A DNA stretch of 64,000 bases from an uncultured Candidatus Binatia bacterium (GTDB lineage Bacteria; Desulfobacterota; Binatia; Bin18), in assembly GCA_965214605.1 (NCBI GenBank), contig OZ243961.1, forward strand, positions 1,408,001-1,472,000, given 5' to 3'. A model generated the notes under the pieces. The model ran no database searches, was not told where the DNA came from, and saw only the letters and a list, made by a program, of their open reading frames with translations. Positions 50,601 through 59,656 of the stretch are shown piece after piece. The first letter of the stretch is position 1. Every line of letters begins with the position of its first letter. A program made the translations under genes and the position numbers.

Positions 50601-50752
50601 GTCGGGCCAAGAAACGCCGCTGGCGGGGTAAAATCCGTAAGCTCCCTCCCTCCCCCTACCTCGCCGATATCGAAGAGCAGCTGCTCGACAACCAACGTTC
50701 ACAGATTGTTTGGAAGACCAAAAAAGAGAGCCAGCTAGAACTGTTCTCCTAG
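47603..50752 (+). CDS. Endonuclease Q (PHP-type) - UvrD/PcrA helicase fusion
   Basis: ADLHIHSKYSRATS, GDFTHP, DGRPILG, PAHIWTPW, ETGLSSD, SNSDAHS, HRGC...CPVC; Pro-rich linker; AGPGSGKT, TFT, IDEYQD, GDPDQAIYSFRG, NYRS, TLHAAKGLEF, EERRVFYVGVTRA. Confidence 0.92.
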   Translation: MAFYADLHIHSKYSRATSKNCDLEHLALWARKKGISLVGSGDFTHPAWHAELKDKLVPAEPGLFRLRPDLEKAVEHQLPSACRTSRAATRFMLSVEISTIYKKGDKTRKIHHLIYAPDFEATDRVIHSLSKIGNLQSDGRPILGLDSRHLLEITLESSPGSYLVPAHIWTPWFAALGSKSGFDAIDACYADLAPHIFAVETGLSSDPPMNWRVSSLDRFRLVSNSDAHSPEKLGREVCVFNTELDYFAVRQALETGQGYEGTLEFFPEEGKYHLDGHRGCNIRLSPSETRQHQGRCPVCGKPLTVGVMHRVEDLADRQEEGPPPQTAGSAYSLVPLPEMLSEIYQVGPKSKKISHHYESLLGRLGPELQLLTTLPLEDIRHADAPLVTEAVSRLRQQEVIREAGYDGVYGTIRLFHDDELRRHLGGAPLFQEAPPPASPLPVDEERATPSSPAHPAPPRLQRPSHTTPTDPPVDISSDILAELDADQRRAAEITSGPLLIVAGPGSGKTKTLTHRLVHLITKHAVPPAQCLALTFTRRAADELRARLQTLLPDGWRQVTVGTFHSLALSILQADWNAAGLQRGFRLASDIERLRLLQDTLGVSEKTAYSQLSAISHAKRTRTPPTDRRLNAAYKAYQHQMETRNLLDFDELVIRAADTLASEPALQAHYRQRYRWVCIDEYQDVDEQQVRFIKQLVPPDGNICAIGDPDQAIYSFRGANVRFFSEFQHDFPTAEVVQLTRNYRSDQNIVRLSSQVMPTSLAQHSVPVLENAPSLITIHEAPTEKAEAEFIVQSLEHTLGGHNFFSIDSGRSADAEGQDLSFSDFAVLYRTETQAAALVEALQRSGLPFQKRSHSRLLDHPGTAVLLDAMRQQIQAGVVRDQLEAAHSQLRQAAQSASNEVTEAYEFLKPIAQTCGQDLERFLSELALESQADSWDSRADRISLLTLHAAKGLEFSVVFIVGCEDGILPLRWGKTGQAELDEERRVFYVGVTRAKTKLYLCRAKKRRWRGKIRKLPPSPYLADIEEQLLDNQRSQIVWKTKKESQLELFS

Positions 50753-50753
50753 G

Positions 50754-51299
50754 CTAACCCTCTCTCGGACCGCCGCGCATCAGGGCCTGTAGACTCGCAG
50801 GCTCAGGATTGTTCCGCAGACGGGTGTGGAGTTCCGGCCAACAGTCCGGAGCAGCAAACGTGCGGACTCCCCGCTCCCGATACATTTCCAAGGCTGAGGC
50901 ATCGTCTTCAAACGCGTACAGGTGGTGACCGCCTCGAAGCGGCAAGATATCGTCCATCAGCGCCTCCCGCTTGATTTCGGCGTTGGGACGAAAGTCGTTG
51001 GGCTTGCGCATAAACAGACGCTCGAAGCGGAAAAAGCGCCGTAACCAGCACTCGGTGACCTCGCGCAAAGCTTCGGGCCGACCCGTGCTGACCACCACTC
51101 TTGGCGAGCAGGCGTTCAGCCAGTTCAACACCTCAACAGCTTGCTCGTGGACCGGATATTCCACCGTTCTCAGATGCTCAACAACCCACTCCCAGAACGT
51201 CGGCCCCTCCTGCTCAAGTAGCTCGGGTGGAGCGAAGTTTTGAATCGAGGGGGGATAGAAGTGGTTCAGCGTATAATCTATATCCAAAATTAGTAACAT
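50754..51299 (-). CDS. HAD-superfamily phosphatase, resembling the T4 PNK phosphatase domain
   Basis: LDIDYTL (DxDxT), STGRPE, LFMR..DFRP..EIK, AFEDD; start moved to ATG 51299. Confidence 0.75.
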   Translation of the reverse strand: MLLILDIDYTLNHFYPPSIQNFAPPELLEQEGPTFWEWVVEHLRTVEYPVHEQAVEVLNWLNACSPRVVVSTGRPEALREVTECWLRRFFRFERLFMRKPNDFRPNAEIKREALMDDILPLRGGHHLYAFEDDASALEMYRERGVRTFAAPDCWPELHTRLRNNPEPASLQALMRGGPREG

Positions 51300-51514
51300 G
51301 CAGTGCCTCCAACATCTCTTCTTGGAGGCAGCATAACAAAACCAAGCCCCCAACTGATTCTAATCGTCAAATCGTCACAAAAATATCATGTTTCGGCAAA
51401 CTGGGAGGCTCGGGGGCCGCGGCGCGTGTGTTGTTCAGCCGGGGTCTTGTCCTGGGTTCACCATTAGGACTATGTATTGTAGGAGCAGGACAAGTGAGGG
51501 TAGAAAGAAACACC

Positions 51515-53446
51515 ATGCCAAGCTGCCACACTGCATCGTACGGTTCTTGGAAATCGCCGATTAGCTCAGATCTCATCGTTTCAGCCGTTGTCGGTCTCGG
51601 GCAAATCGCGCTGGACGGAGACGACATCTACTGGATCGAACAGCGTCCGACTGAAGGCGGGCGCGATGTCGTCGTTCAATGCACGCCGGACGGCCGAACG
51701 ATTGACCGCACGCCTATGCCTTTTAATGCCCGGACTCGGGTCCACGAATACGGAGGCGGCGCGTTTGTTGTCCATAACGGCAGCTTGTACTTCTCTAACT
51801 TTGCCGATCAGCGCCTCTACCACCAGCAGGCTCGGGGCCAGCCCCAGCCCCTCAGTCCGGAAGAGGATCTCCGGTACGCCGACGGGGTGCTGGACCGACA
51901 CCGCCGGCGTTTGATCTGTGTTCGAGAGGATCATCGTTGGACGGACCGTGAAGCGGTCAACACCCTCGTCAGCCTCGACCTCGTCTCGGGCGATGACCAG
52001 ATTCTTGTTTGCGGCCAAGATTTTTACTCAAACCCGCGCCTGAGCCCCGACGGCCAGCGCCTGGCCTGGTTGAGTTGGACCCATCCCAATATGCCCTGGG
52101 ACGGTACCGAGCTCTGGAACGCGACGCTTCAGGCTGACGGCTCGCTGGGCAGTCTGGAACACATTGCCGGCGGCCCGGACGAATCTATTTTTCAGCCCGA
52201 ATGGTCACCGGACGGCGAGCTATATTTTGTTTCTGACCGCACTGACTGGTGGAATATCTATCGTTTCCGTGACGGCCGGCTCGAACCCATGTGTGACGCG
52301 GCGGCTGAATTTGGCTTGCCCCAGTGGGTGTTTGGCATGTCCACGTATGGATTTGCTAGCGCCGAGCGTATAATCTGTACCTCTACGCAAAACGGAGCCT
52401 GGCGACTGGCTAGCCTGGATACCCGTACCAAACAGCTGGAAGAGATCACTACCCCCTACAGCGCCATTTCCAGCCTCCATGTATCCTCGGACCACGCTGT
52501 TTTCAGCGCTGGCTCGCCAACCGAGGCGGCCTGTATTGTCCGGCTCGACCTGGCTTCGCAGCAGCTGACCGTGCTGCGCCGCTCCAGCGATATCGAGATT
52601 GACGCGGGCTATCTCTCCCGTCCACAGACGCTTGAATTTCCAACCGAACAGGGTCGCACGGCCCAAGCTCTGTTTTACCCTCCGTGTAACCAAGACTACA
52701 GCGCGCCTGCGGACGAGCTCCCACCGCTGCTGGTCAAAAGCCATGGCGGTCCAACCGCAGCCGCTAGCTCGACGCTCAGTTTGGGCATCCAGTATTGGAC
52801 GAGTCGTGGCATCGCTGTTCTGGACGTCAACTATGGAGGCAGCACGGGCTATGGCCGGGCGTATCGCCAACGGCTGAACGGCCAGTGGGGCATTGTCGAT
52901 GTAGACGACTGTGTGAATGGCGCGCGCTATCTTGTTCAGCAGGGGTGGATCGACGGACAGCGTTTAGCGATCACCGGCGGCAGCGCCGGGGGTTATACGA
53001 CCCTATCTGCGCTCACCTTTCGGGAGCTGTTTCAAGCTGGGGCGAGCCACTACGGAATCTGTGACCTAGAGGTCTTGGCCCGAGATACGCATAAATTCGA
53101 ATCTCGTTATCTCAATAGCTTGGTTGGTCCCTATCCCGAACACAGGGAACTCTACCAACAACGCTCGCCGATCCATTTTACCGACCGACTGTCGTGCCCG
53201 CTGGTTCTGTTCCAAGGCTTAGAGGATAAAATTGTCCCGCCCAATCAGGCCGAGCTGATGGCCAAGGCACTCCAGACCAAAGGGCTGCCCGTTGCCTATG
53301 TTCCCTTTGCCGGCGAGCAGCACGGCTTTCGGCGGGCGGAAAACATCAAGCGGGCGCTGGACGGCGAGCTGTATTTTTACTCGCGGATTTTTGGCTTTGA
53401 CCTGGCAGAGCCAGTCGAGCCGGTCGTTATTGAAAATCTGGACTGA
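51515..53446 (+). CDS. S9-family peptidase (acylaminoacyl/dipeptidyl aminopeptidase-like)
   Basis: YGSWKSPIS start, propeller region, HGGPT, GGSAGG, EDKIVP, EQHGF. Confidence 0.92.
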   Translation: MPSCHTASYGSWKSPISSDLIVSAVVGLGQIALDGDDIYWIEQRPTEGGRDVVVQCTPDGRTIDRTPMPFNARTRVHEYGGGAFVVHNGSLYFSNFADQRLYHQQARGQPQPLSPEEDLRYADGVLDRHRRRLICVREDHRWTDREAVNTLVSLDLVSGDDQILVCGQDFYSNPRLSPDGQRLAWLSWTHPNMPWDGTELWNATLQADGSLGSLEHIAGGPDESIFQPEWSPDGELYFVSDRTDWWNIYRFRDGRLEPMCDAAAEFGLPQWVFGMSTYGFASAERIICTSTQNGAWRLASLDTRTKQLEEITTPYSAISSLHVSSDHAVFSAGSPTEAACIVRLDLASQQLTVLRRSSDIEIDAGYLSRPQTLEFPTEQGRTAQALFYPPCNQDYSAPADELPPLLVKSHGGPTAAASSTLSLGIQYWTSRGIAVLDVNYGGSTGYGRAYRQRLNGQWGIVDVDDCVNGARYLVQQGWIDGQRLAITGGSAGGYTTLSALTFRELFQAGASHYGICDLEVLARDTHKFESRYLNSLVGPYPEHRELYQQRSPIHFTDRLSCPLVLFQGLEDKIVPPNQAELMAKALQTKGLPVAYVPFAGEQHGFRRAENIKRALDGELYFYSRIFGFDLAEPVEPVVIENLD

Positions 53447-53461
53447 CGAGAGGAGAGAATC

Positions 53462-54226
53462 ATGGCTCGCTTAGACGGAAAGGTTGCGATTATTACGGGC
53501 GGCTCGGGCGGGATCGGAAGGGCGGCCGGGCAGTTGTTTGTCAAGGCTGGAGCCAAGATCCTCCTGGTTGACTTGGCCGAGGAACCTCTCAAGCAGACGG
53601 TTCGGGACATTGGGAGCGATGCGATCAGCTATGCCGTCGCCGACGTGACCGACCCCGAGCAGTCTCAAGCCTATGTCCAGATGGCGGTAGAACGCTACGG
53701 CGGGGTGGATATCCTACTAGCCAACGCTGGGATTGAGGGTGTGGTGCAGGCGATCACGGACTACCCAATCGACGTATTCGACAAGGTCATGGCGGTCAAT
53801 GTACGCGGGGTGTGGCTGGGTCTCAAATACGTTATGCCCGAAATGGAAAAACGCGGCGGAGGCAGCATTGTCATTACCTCATCCGTAGCTGGGGTCAGAG
53901 GAACGGCAGACGTCTCAGCCTATATCACCAGCAAACACGCCGTGGTCGGCCTAATGCGTAGCGCTGCTCTGGAGGGTGCCAAAAAGGGCATTCGGATCAA
54001 TACCGTCAATCCGGCCCCAATCGAAACTCGCATGATGCGCTCGCTTGAAGAGGGCTTCTCACCCGACGCGCCGGCCCAGGCCAAAGAGGGCTTTGCCGCT
54101 ATGCTGCCGATGCACCGCTACGGCGAGCCCCAGGAGGTCTCGCAACTGATGCTGTTTTTAGCCAGCGATGACAGCAGCTACTGCACCGGCGGGGTGTACA
54201 TGGTCGATGGCGGCATGTCGGCCTGA
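53462..54226 (+). CDS. Short-chain dehydrogenase/reductase
   Basis: TGGSGGIG, NAG, SS...YITSKH, VDGG. Confidence 0.92.
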   Translation: MARLDGKVAIITGGSGGIGRAAGQLFVKAGAKILLVDLAEEPLKQTVRDIGSDAISYAVADVTDPEQSQAYVQMAVERYGGVDILLANAGIEGVVQAITDYPIDVFDKVMAVNVRGVWLGLKYVMPEMEKRGGGSIVITSSVAGVRGTADVSAYITSKHAVVGLMRSAALEGAKKGIRINTVNPAPIETRMMRSLEEGFSPDAPAQAKEGFAAMLPMHRYGEPQEVSQLMLFLASDDSSYCTGGVYMVDGGMSA

Positions 54227-55044
54227 AGTGGAGAAAAACACCCTGAGTGTGTTGATCGAGGAGGAAAGAGATCACGCGTTTGCGGAAGTGAGGGACGAGG
54301 GACTGCAGATGAGTCTTCTGCCCTGAGTAGGTCAGCCGCATGGAGATCTGGACACGGACATCCTGGTTGGTCCTCCCCTTCTCTCCGAGACAAATTCTCG
54401 CGACGAGCCGGCCGTACATACTTCGAAAACAGGAAGGCATAGGCCAACGGGCCCTTCATCGCGGCCGAAACGGGAGCCTCAACCCCTTGCTGGTAGCTTG
54501 GATGCTGTAGAACAGGTTGCAATCGTCCCCGGTGTCCATCTGAAAGTTCTGGAGTCTGGAGGAAACGCGAAGAGTGCTATGGCTATAGAGCACCTTCAGT
54601 TGGCAGAGACAGATTCACCAACACAGAAGCTCGGTGGCCGTTAACTGTACAGGGGAAGCCACATCTCTCTTCTGGTTGCCGGCCTGCCCGGAATGGGCAG
54701 GACTACCGACCTTCCGCACCTATGCACGCTGAGGATTGCAGTCGATGTCCGCCCGCTTGTTTTCTTCTATCGCCAAGAGGCTTGTGGACTGAGGTAAATC
54801 GGTGCGTTGCATTGATTTCCAAGGATACCGCCAGTGCGGCCTATGACGGAACTCGTACAGACAAGATAAAACAGATGGACAGCTTCAAGGCGTTTTATTT
54901 CTGCGAGGATAAAAGTAGCCCCTCCCCCGTTTATCTCTCGTCCTGACACCATCCCGCAGGGAATAATCGCCCAGACGGTGGAGCGCCTTAGTGGTGGGTG
55001 GTTCCGACGCTGCCTCTTATCACTATTATCGGCTTAGACACATC

Positions 55045-55266
55045 TCAGTCCTCAATAAACGACCGCAAGGCCGTACGCCAGCCCGAGGACGCGAAACGCG
55101 ACTCCAGGTGAAACTCTTCCACCTCGTCCATGCTCGGCATACGCGCCAGCCGCCAACCGCCGTCTCTCGTATCACCCGGGGGGCGCGGCTGGGTCAGCCG
55201 TTTGAGCAGGGGAATAGGCAGGTCCATACCTTTGGCGATTTTCTGAATAAATTCGTCTCTGGTCAT
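55045..55266 (-). CDS. Hypothetical 73-aa protein
   Basis: MTRDEFIQKIAKGMDLPIPLLKRL...FIED*; 13 nt after the FIST stop, protein-like composition. Confidence 0.65.
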   Translation of the reverse strand: MTRDEFIQKIAKGMDLPIPLLKRLTQPRPPGDTRDGGWRLARMPSMDEVEEFHLESRFASSGWRTALRSFIED

Positions 55267-55279
55267 GAGTCGATCCCGC

Positions 55280-56491
55280 CTACTGGAACGGCGTTGACCG
55301 CTCGCCGACCAAGACCAGCACGCCGGTGTATTGGAGCAGAGATTCGACCTGATGAATGGGCGCAATTTCACAGCCCGAGAAAAATCCGACAATCGGCACC
55401 TCGCCCAGGTACTGGGCGATATACGAGGTGTCGAGATCAGCAAAGCCGTACAAGCCCCTGCCTCGCCCTACACAGTTCACATACAGACCAAAGGCCGGCT
55501 TGATGCCGGCCCAGGTTTGGACCTGCTGTTCTAGTACGCGCTTGAGGTCAGCCCGCGAGCCGTCACCGCTGCGCATGGTAAAGACCATTTTCTGACCCTC
55601 ATGAACCTCGTCGGCGATCGCCACAATCCCTTGATCGGCGTCGAACCCGATCAGGTTGCGCACCACATATTCGCTGGCCGCGATATGCTGGCGCTCGGCG
55701 TCAACTGGCATACCAGCAAACACCACCCGAACCGCCCGCCGCAAATCTTCGCGTAAGGGTGATGAGAGCAGCTTCGTGAAGACCTCGAAGGCCGGACGGC
55801 CGTCCAACTCAAGAATGAGATTGCGATGGGCTGTGGTAATGGTATGGACTGGCCCGATTGGCTGACACGATTGAGAGATGCCGATTGAGTAGACAAAATT
55901 CCCGTTCAGCAGAGCGCCGCTCACGGCATTGTTACCGACCGTATCACCACATAACTGAAAGGTTTCGCCAACACTACCATCCTCAGACGCCCCGCCGCCC
56001 ACGGCCTCAATCTGCGGCACGCCCTCGGCTCGCAAGCCCTGACTCAGTCCCTGAAAAAACGTTCCAGAATTAAAATTATACGTGTCCGGAAACACCATCA
56101 ACAGGTTTTCCGGTCCGACGTGCGACTGGACGCGCGCCGCGATTTCTTGGCCGATCTCTTGACCCCGGCCACGCAGTTGAGGGATAAAAAATCGCTCGGC
56201 GGCAAACGAATCAGCCTGCACAGTAAGAACGGCAATGCCGGCTGCCTGCTCAATTTCCTTGCCAGAAATCAGCACGCCACCGGCGCTACAACCCACCACG
56301 TTGAGAGTCTGGGCCGTGGTCTGCACTGTACGCAGCAGTTGGCTGTAGCCGGCTCCATGATCAGCCGTGGCAAAGACGAGAGCCAGATCCGCACTATCAA
56401 TCCGGGCCCGGCTGAGGGCAGTTTGGGTTGCCTCACGTGCCGCCTCGGCCGTGTCTTTATAGGTCGACAGACCCACTCCAGCTTGAATCAT
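55280..56491 (-). CDS. FIST (FIST_N + FIST_C) domain protein, NosP-like
   Basis: VVGCSAGGV, GGGAS, SQSCQPIG, ELDGRPA, VVRNLIG, NCVGRG, GFFSGCEI; AAGGAG RBS before ATG 56491. Confidence 0.88.
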   Translation of the reverse strand: MIQAGVGLSTYKDTAEAAREATQTALSRARIDSADLALVFATADHGAGYSQLLRTVQTTAQTLNVVGCSAGGVLISGKEIEQAAGIAVLTVQADSFAAERFFIPQLRGRGQEIGQEIAARVQSHVGPENLLMVFPDTYNFNSGTFFQGLSQGLRAEGVPQIEAVGGGASEDGSVGETFQLCGDTVGNNAVSGALLNGNFVYSIGISQSCQPIGPVHTITTAHRNLILELDGRPAFEVFTKLLSSPLREDLRRAVRVVFAGMPVDAERQHIAASEYVVRNLIGFDADQGIVAIADEVHEGQKMVFTMRSGDGSRADLKRVLEQQVQTWAGIKPAFGLYVNCVGRGRGLYGFADLDTSYIAQYLGEVPIVGFFSGCEIAPIHQVESLLQYTGVLVLVGERSTPFQ

Positions 56492-56521
56492 GGCCCGCTC
56501 CTTTTCCGCGCCTGACACGCG

Positions 56522-57226
56522 TCAATCGACCTTCCCCTCGGCCGTTTCCGGCTTCTTCAAACCCAAACGTTCGTAGTACTTGGCCGGCACTTTACTCGCG
56601 TCTTTGTAGATAATGAACGAGCAGTGCTCCTTGCCCAAGACAGCGGACGGTTCAACCACAACAAACGGCTTGCCGTTCTTCTCAATGTCCACTAACTCCA
56701 TAGGAGGTTCATGGGCACAGTAGACCGGGAAGTTGGCCCGGTTATAAGTCATCCGCTGGGGTTTCTCAACCTTCAGAAAGCCGTCCGGACCGTCATATTT
56801 CCCCTCCAAGACCAGTCGTCCGCCGCTCCCGCACGGTTGCATCTGAATCACGACCTTTTCATTGTCCTCTCTGATCTCCATGGGCTGGAGATGACCGCGT
56901 AAGCCGGCCACGAACATCTTGATCCGCTGGGGCAGCTTGTCCGCCCCTTGGGGCATCTTTTCCAGGTTGGGCAGCCACCAGGCTTTGACCCCTTCGGTCA
57001 TAATCTCGTCAAGCGCTTCATCCCCGAATCGGCGGCCGATCTCGCTCAGCATGGCCGTTGTCCAATTGCGGTATAAGTCATGCATACTCAGAAATTCGTT
57101 ATACATCCGCTGGCCAATACGTTTGGCCGCCTCGCTATCCCCGGCCTCAATCGCCTCGGTCAGGCGATCGACCGAGCGTTTACCCATCTCACGTAGTTCG
57201 TCTTCAGAAAAAAATCGTTCCGTCAT
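56522..57226 (-). CDS. Uncharacterised 234-aa protein with Cys/His motifs (possible V4R/H-NOX-like fold)
   Basis: Helical N-half (SMHDLYRNW...GRRFGDEAL), LRGH, QPCGSGGR, VYCAHE, HCSFIIYK; GGAGAG RBS. The CDS is clear; the fold is inferred. Confidence 0.75.
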   Translation of the reverse strand: MTERFFSEDELREMGKRSVDRLTEAIEAGDSEAAKRIGQRMYNEFLSMHDLYRNWTTAMLSEIGRRFGDEALDEIMTEGVKAWWLPNLEKMPQGADKLPQRIKMFVAGLRGHLQPMEIREDNEKVVIQMQPCGSGGRLVLEGKYDGPDGFLKVEKPQRMTYNRANFPVYCAHEPPMELVDIEKNGKPFVVVEPSAVLGKEHCSFIIYKDASKVPAKYYERLGLKKPETAEGKVD

Positions 57227-57340
57227 CGGCGACTCTCCTATCTGTCAGGCTCTTCGTGTCACAGTGAACTAAGGATGGCCTCATCGTTGCTTTGGTCATT
57301 GTTGTTCACCTCACCGGGTATACCTCAACTCACCCTCACA

Positions 57341-57369
57341 TTGCAAAGCCCGATTCGTCTCGCTAGGCT
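57341..57369 (+). promoter_or_regulatory. Candidate sigma70-type promoter for the aminotransferase fusion
   Basis: TTGCAA-17 nt-TAGGCT; GAGGAG upstream of GTG 57412. Confidence 0.35.
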
Positions 57370-57411
57370 ACTACCAACCGTGACCCGTTCCAGCGAGGAG
57401 TCGTCACTCGG

Positions 57412-59478
57412 GTGAAACCCTGGCAACCAGCCCGAACCGCCCAGCTCAAGCTCTCTCCCATCAAAGAGATGGAATTGGCTGCCAGTCGTATTCCCGGCGT
57501 GGTATCACTGGCCCAAGGGATTCCCAGTTTTGATACGCCAGAGCCGATCAAGGCATTTGTCCAGCAAAAAATAGCCGAGGGGGCCTGCGCCAAATACTCG
57601 CTGACGCCGGGGTTGCCGCAGCTCCGTGAGCTGATCGCGGAGTCCCTACTTCATGAGGGGATGCACTATGATCCGGACAGCGAGGTTATTGTCTCGTGCG
57701 GATCGATAGAGGCTATTGCGGCCAGCCTGCTGGCCCTCACCCAACCTGGTGACGAGGTTATTCTGGCCTCGCCGAGCTATGCCTCTTACCAAGAGGTGGT
57801 CCGACTGGCTGGCTGTATCCCACGTTTTGCGGCATTGGACGAGGAGCACAATTTTGCCTTTGATCCGGCCGCCTTCGAGGCATGTATATCGGCCCGCACG
57901 CGCCTGATTTTGTACTGCAATCCCAATAATCCGACCGGCACGGTCTTTTCCGAGGCTCAGACTCGGGCACTGATTGCTCTGGCCGAGCGGCATAATTTAT
58001 TTCTGCTGATTGATGAGGCATATAAGGACTTTGTCTATAGCCTAGAGCCGTATTTTAGTCCGGCTCAAGTGTCCGCTGTCCGCCATCGGGTGGTGCGGGT
58101 GTTTACCTTTTCAAAAGCCTACGGCATGACCGGCTGGCGGGTTGGCTACCTCCATACTGCAGCACCGTACGCTCGAGAAATTTTAAAGGTCCACGACGCC
58201 TTAGTCACCTGTGCCCCGGTTGTCTCGCAATACGCCGCCATGGCCGCCCTCGAATACGGGGCCGAACACATCGCCCGGTTTCGTCAGGCGTTCAAAGAGC
58301 GGCGCGATCGCACTCTTGAACACCTCGACCGCCTGTCGCACGTCTTTGACTATCAAAAACCCGAGGGCTCGTATTTTGTTTTTCCCCGGGTTAAGGATAC
58401 AGTCCGCTGGGCGCACGACTCGCGGCGACTCACGCGCGAGATGCTCGAACAGGCAAAAGTTGCCCTGGTCCCAGGCCTCGCCTTTGGTCCGAGCGGGGAG
58501 GCACATGTACGGATAAACTGCGGCCGTGAGCCGGCCGATATTGAGCGGGCGTTTGCGCGTCTGACACGCTATTTCCAGCCCACTATAGCCCACTACCCGG
58601 CCCGTCCGCCCCAGGTGTCCGATACAGATTGGACGGCTCAGCCCGAGTCGAGGTCCCAGACGTCCCTGCCGCCGTCGGCTCCCCGCCAGCGTTTACGGAG
58701 TCTAGCAATCCCGTATTTACGCCTATTGGCTCGGATCTTTCTGCGTCGCAAAAAGCCGTTAGTGATCGCCATTACCGGCAGTCGCGGCAAAACTGTCACC
58801 AAGCGTCTGTTGGCTGAGCTGCTGGCCGCTCGTTACCGGGTCCAAACTAACCCGCGCTCGTATAATACCGAGATCGGCCTGCCGCTGGCCGTGCTCAACG
58901 TTGAGATTGCACCCAAATCGGTCTGGTCGATACTGCTCACGCTGGGCCGGGCGAGCTGGAGTGCGCTGTTTTCGACCACGCCCCTGGACGTTTTGGTGTT
59001 GGAATTCGGTATCCGCCAGCACGGCGACATGCGCCGCCTGCTGCGGACCGTGCAACCCAATATTGCGATTGTGAATACCCTGACCCCCAGCTATAGCACC
59101 GATGTCGAGCTGCTCAGCACCCTGCAGGAGGAAATCCGAACCTTGTGCAGCACAGTCGGCTCCCAATGCCAATTTATCATTGACGGCGACGATCCGCTGC
59201 TCGAAGACATTGCCATGTCATTGCCTGCCTCGCCATCCGGCTGGCCTTCTGGTTCTGTCTTAGTGCGGCGGGCAGACTGGTCTCCGAACGGCGACAAGCT
59301 CGTTCTGCACAGCCCGGCTCACTCCTACCCTGTGAGCCGGGAGCTGATCAGCGAAAGCGAACGTACCTCGGTCCAGGCCGCGGTTCTGCTGGCTGAACGC
59401 TGGACCGAGTTGAGCCAGGCCGATATCCGCCGTTTTCTGGCCGCTGAGAGGCATGGGCCCCAGCCTGGGACAGGCTGA
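57412..59478 (+). CDS. Class I/II PLP aminotransferase fused to a MurF-like central ATP-binding domain
   Basis: AQGIPSFDTP, NPNNPTG, DEAY, FSKAYGMTGWRVG; linker; ITGSRGKTVTK, SYNTEIGLPLAVL, VLEFG...GDM, DGDDP. Confidence 0.85.
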   Translation: MKPWQPARTAQLKLSPIKEMELAASRIPGVVSLAQGIPSFDTPEPIKAFVQQKIAEGACAKYSLTPGLPQLRELIAESLLHEGMHYDPDSEVIVSCGSIEAIAASLLALTQPGDEVILASPSYASYQEVVRLAGCIPRFAALDEEHNFAFDPAAFEACISARTRLILYCNPNNPTGTVFSEAQTRALIALAERHNLFLLIDEAYKDFVYSLEPYFSPAQVSAVRHRVVRVFTFSKAYGMTGWRVGYLHTAAPYAREILKVHDALVTCAPVVSQYAAMAALEYGAEHIARFRQAFKERRDRTLEHLDRLSHVFDYQKPEGSYFVFPRVKDTVRWAHDSRRLTREMLEQAKVALVPGLAFGPSGEAHVRINCGREPADIERAFARLTRYFQPTIAHYPARPPQVSDTDWTAQPESRSQTSLPPSAPRQRLRSLAIPYLRLLARIFLRRKKPLVIAITGSRGKTVTKRLLAELLAARYRVQTNPRSYNTEIGLPLAVLNVEIAPKSVWSILLTLGRASWSALFSTTPLDVLVLEFGIRQHGDMRRLLRTVQPNIAIVNTLTPSYSTDVELLSTLQEEIRTLCSTVGSQCQFIIDGDDPLLEDIAMSLPASPSGWPSGSVLVRRADWSPNGDKLVLHSPAHSYPVSRELISESERTSVQAAVLLAERWTELSQADIRRFLAAERHGPQPGTG

Positions 59479-59656
59479 GCTGGTTTGGTTTCCCTTGGTT
59501 TCATTCACCCAGACCCACCTATCTTGCCTCTTGCAAGAAAAGCACCTCTCATACTATGTTAAACTTTCTCCTATGGATGATCCTCCATCTCAAAGTAGCT
59601 GCCCGAGGCTGACCGCGTTGGTGTCATCCTCCCCTTGGGAGAGATGAAATAGCGCC

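Noticed and set aside
37529-51514. Long N-terminal extensions in the ORF track (37529 LLM, 51101 S9 peptidase; similarly 23665, 24680, 61419)
   Set aside because: Family similarity begins at downstream ATGs, most with an RBS; the extensions are not real fusions.
54230-55040. 0.8-kb gap with short ORFs
   Set aside because: No recognisable family, repeat or RNA structure.
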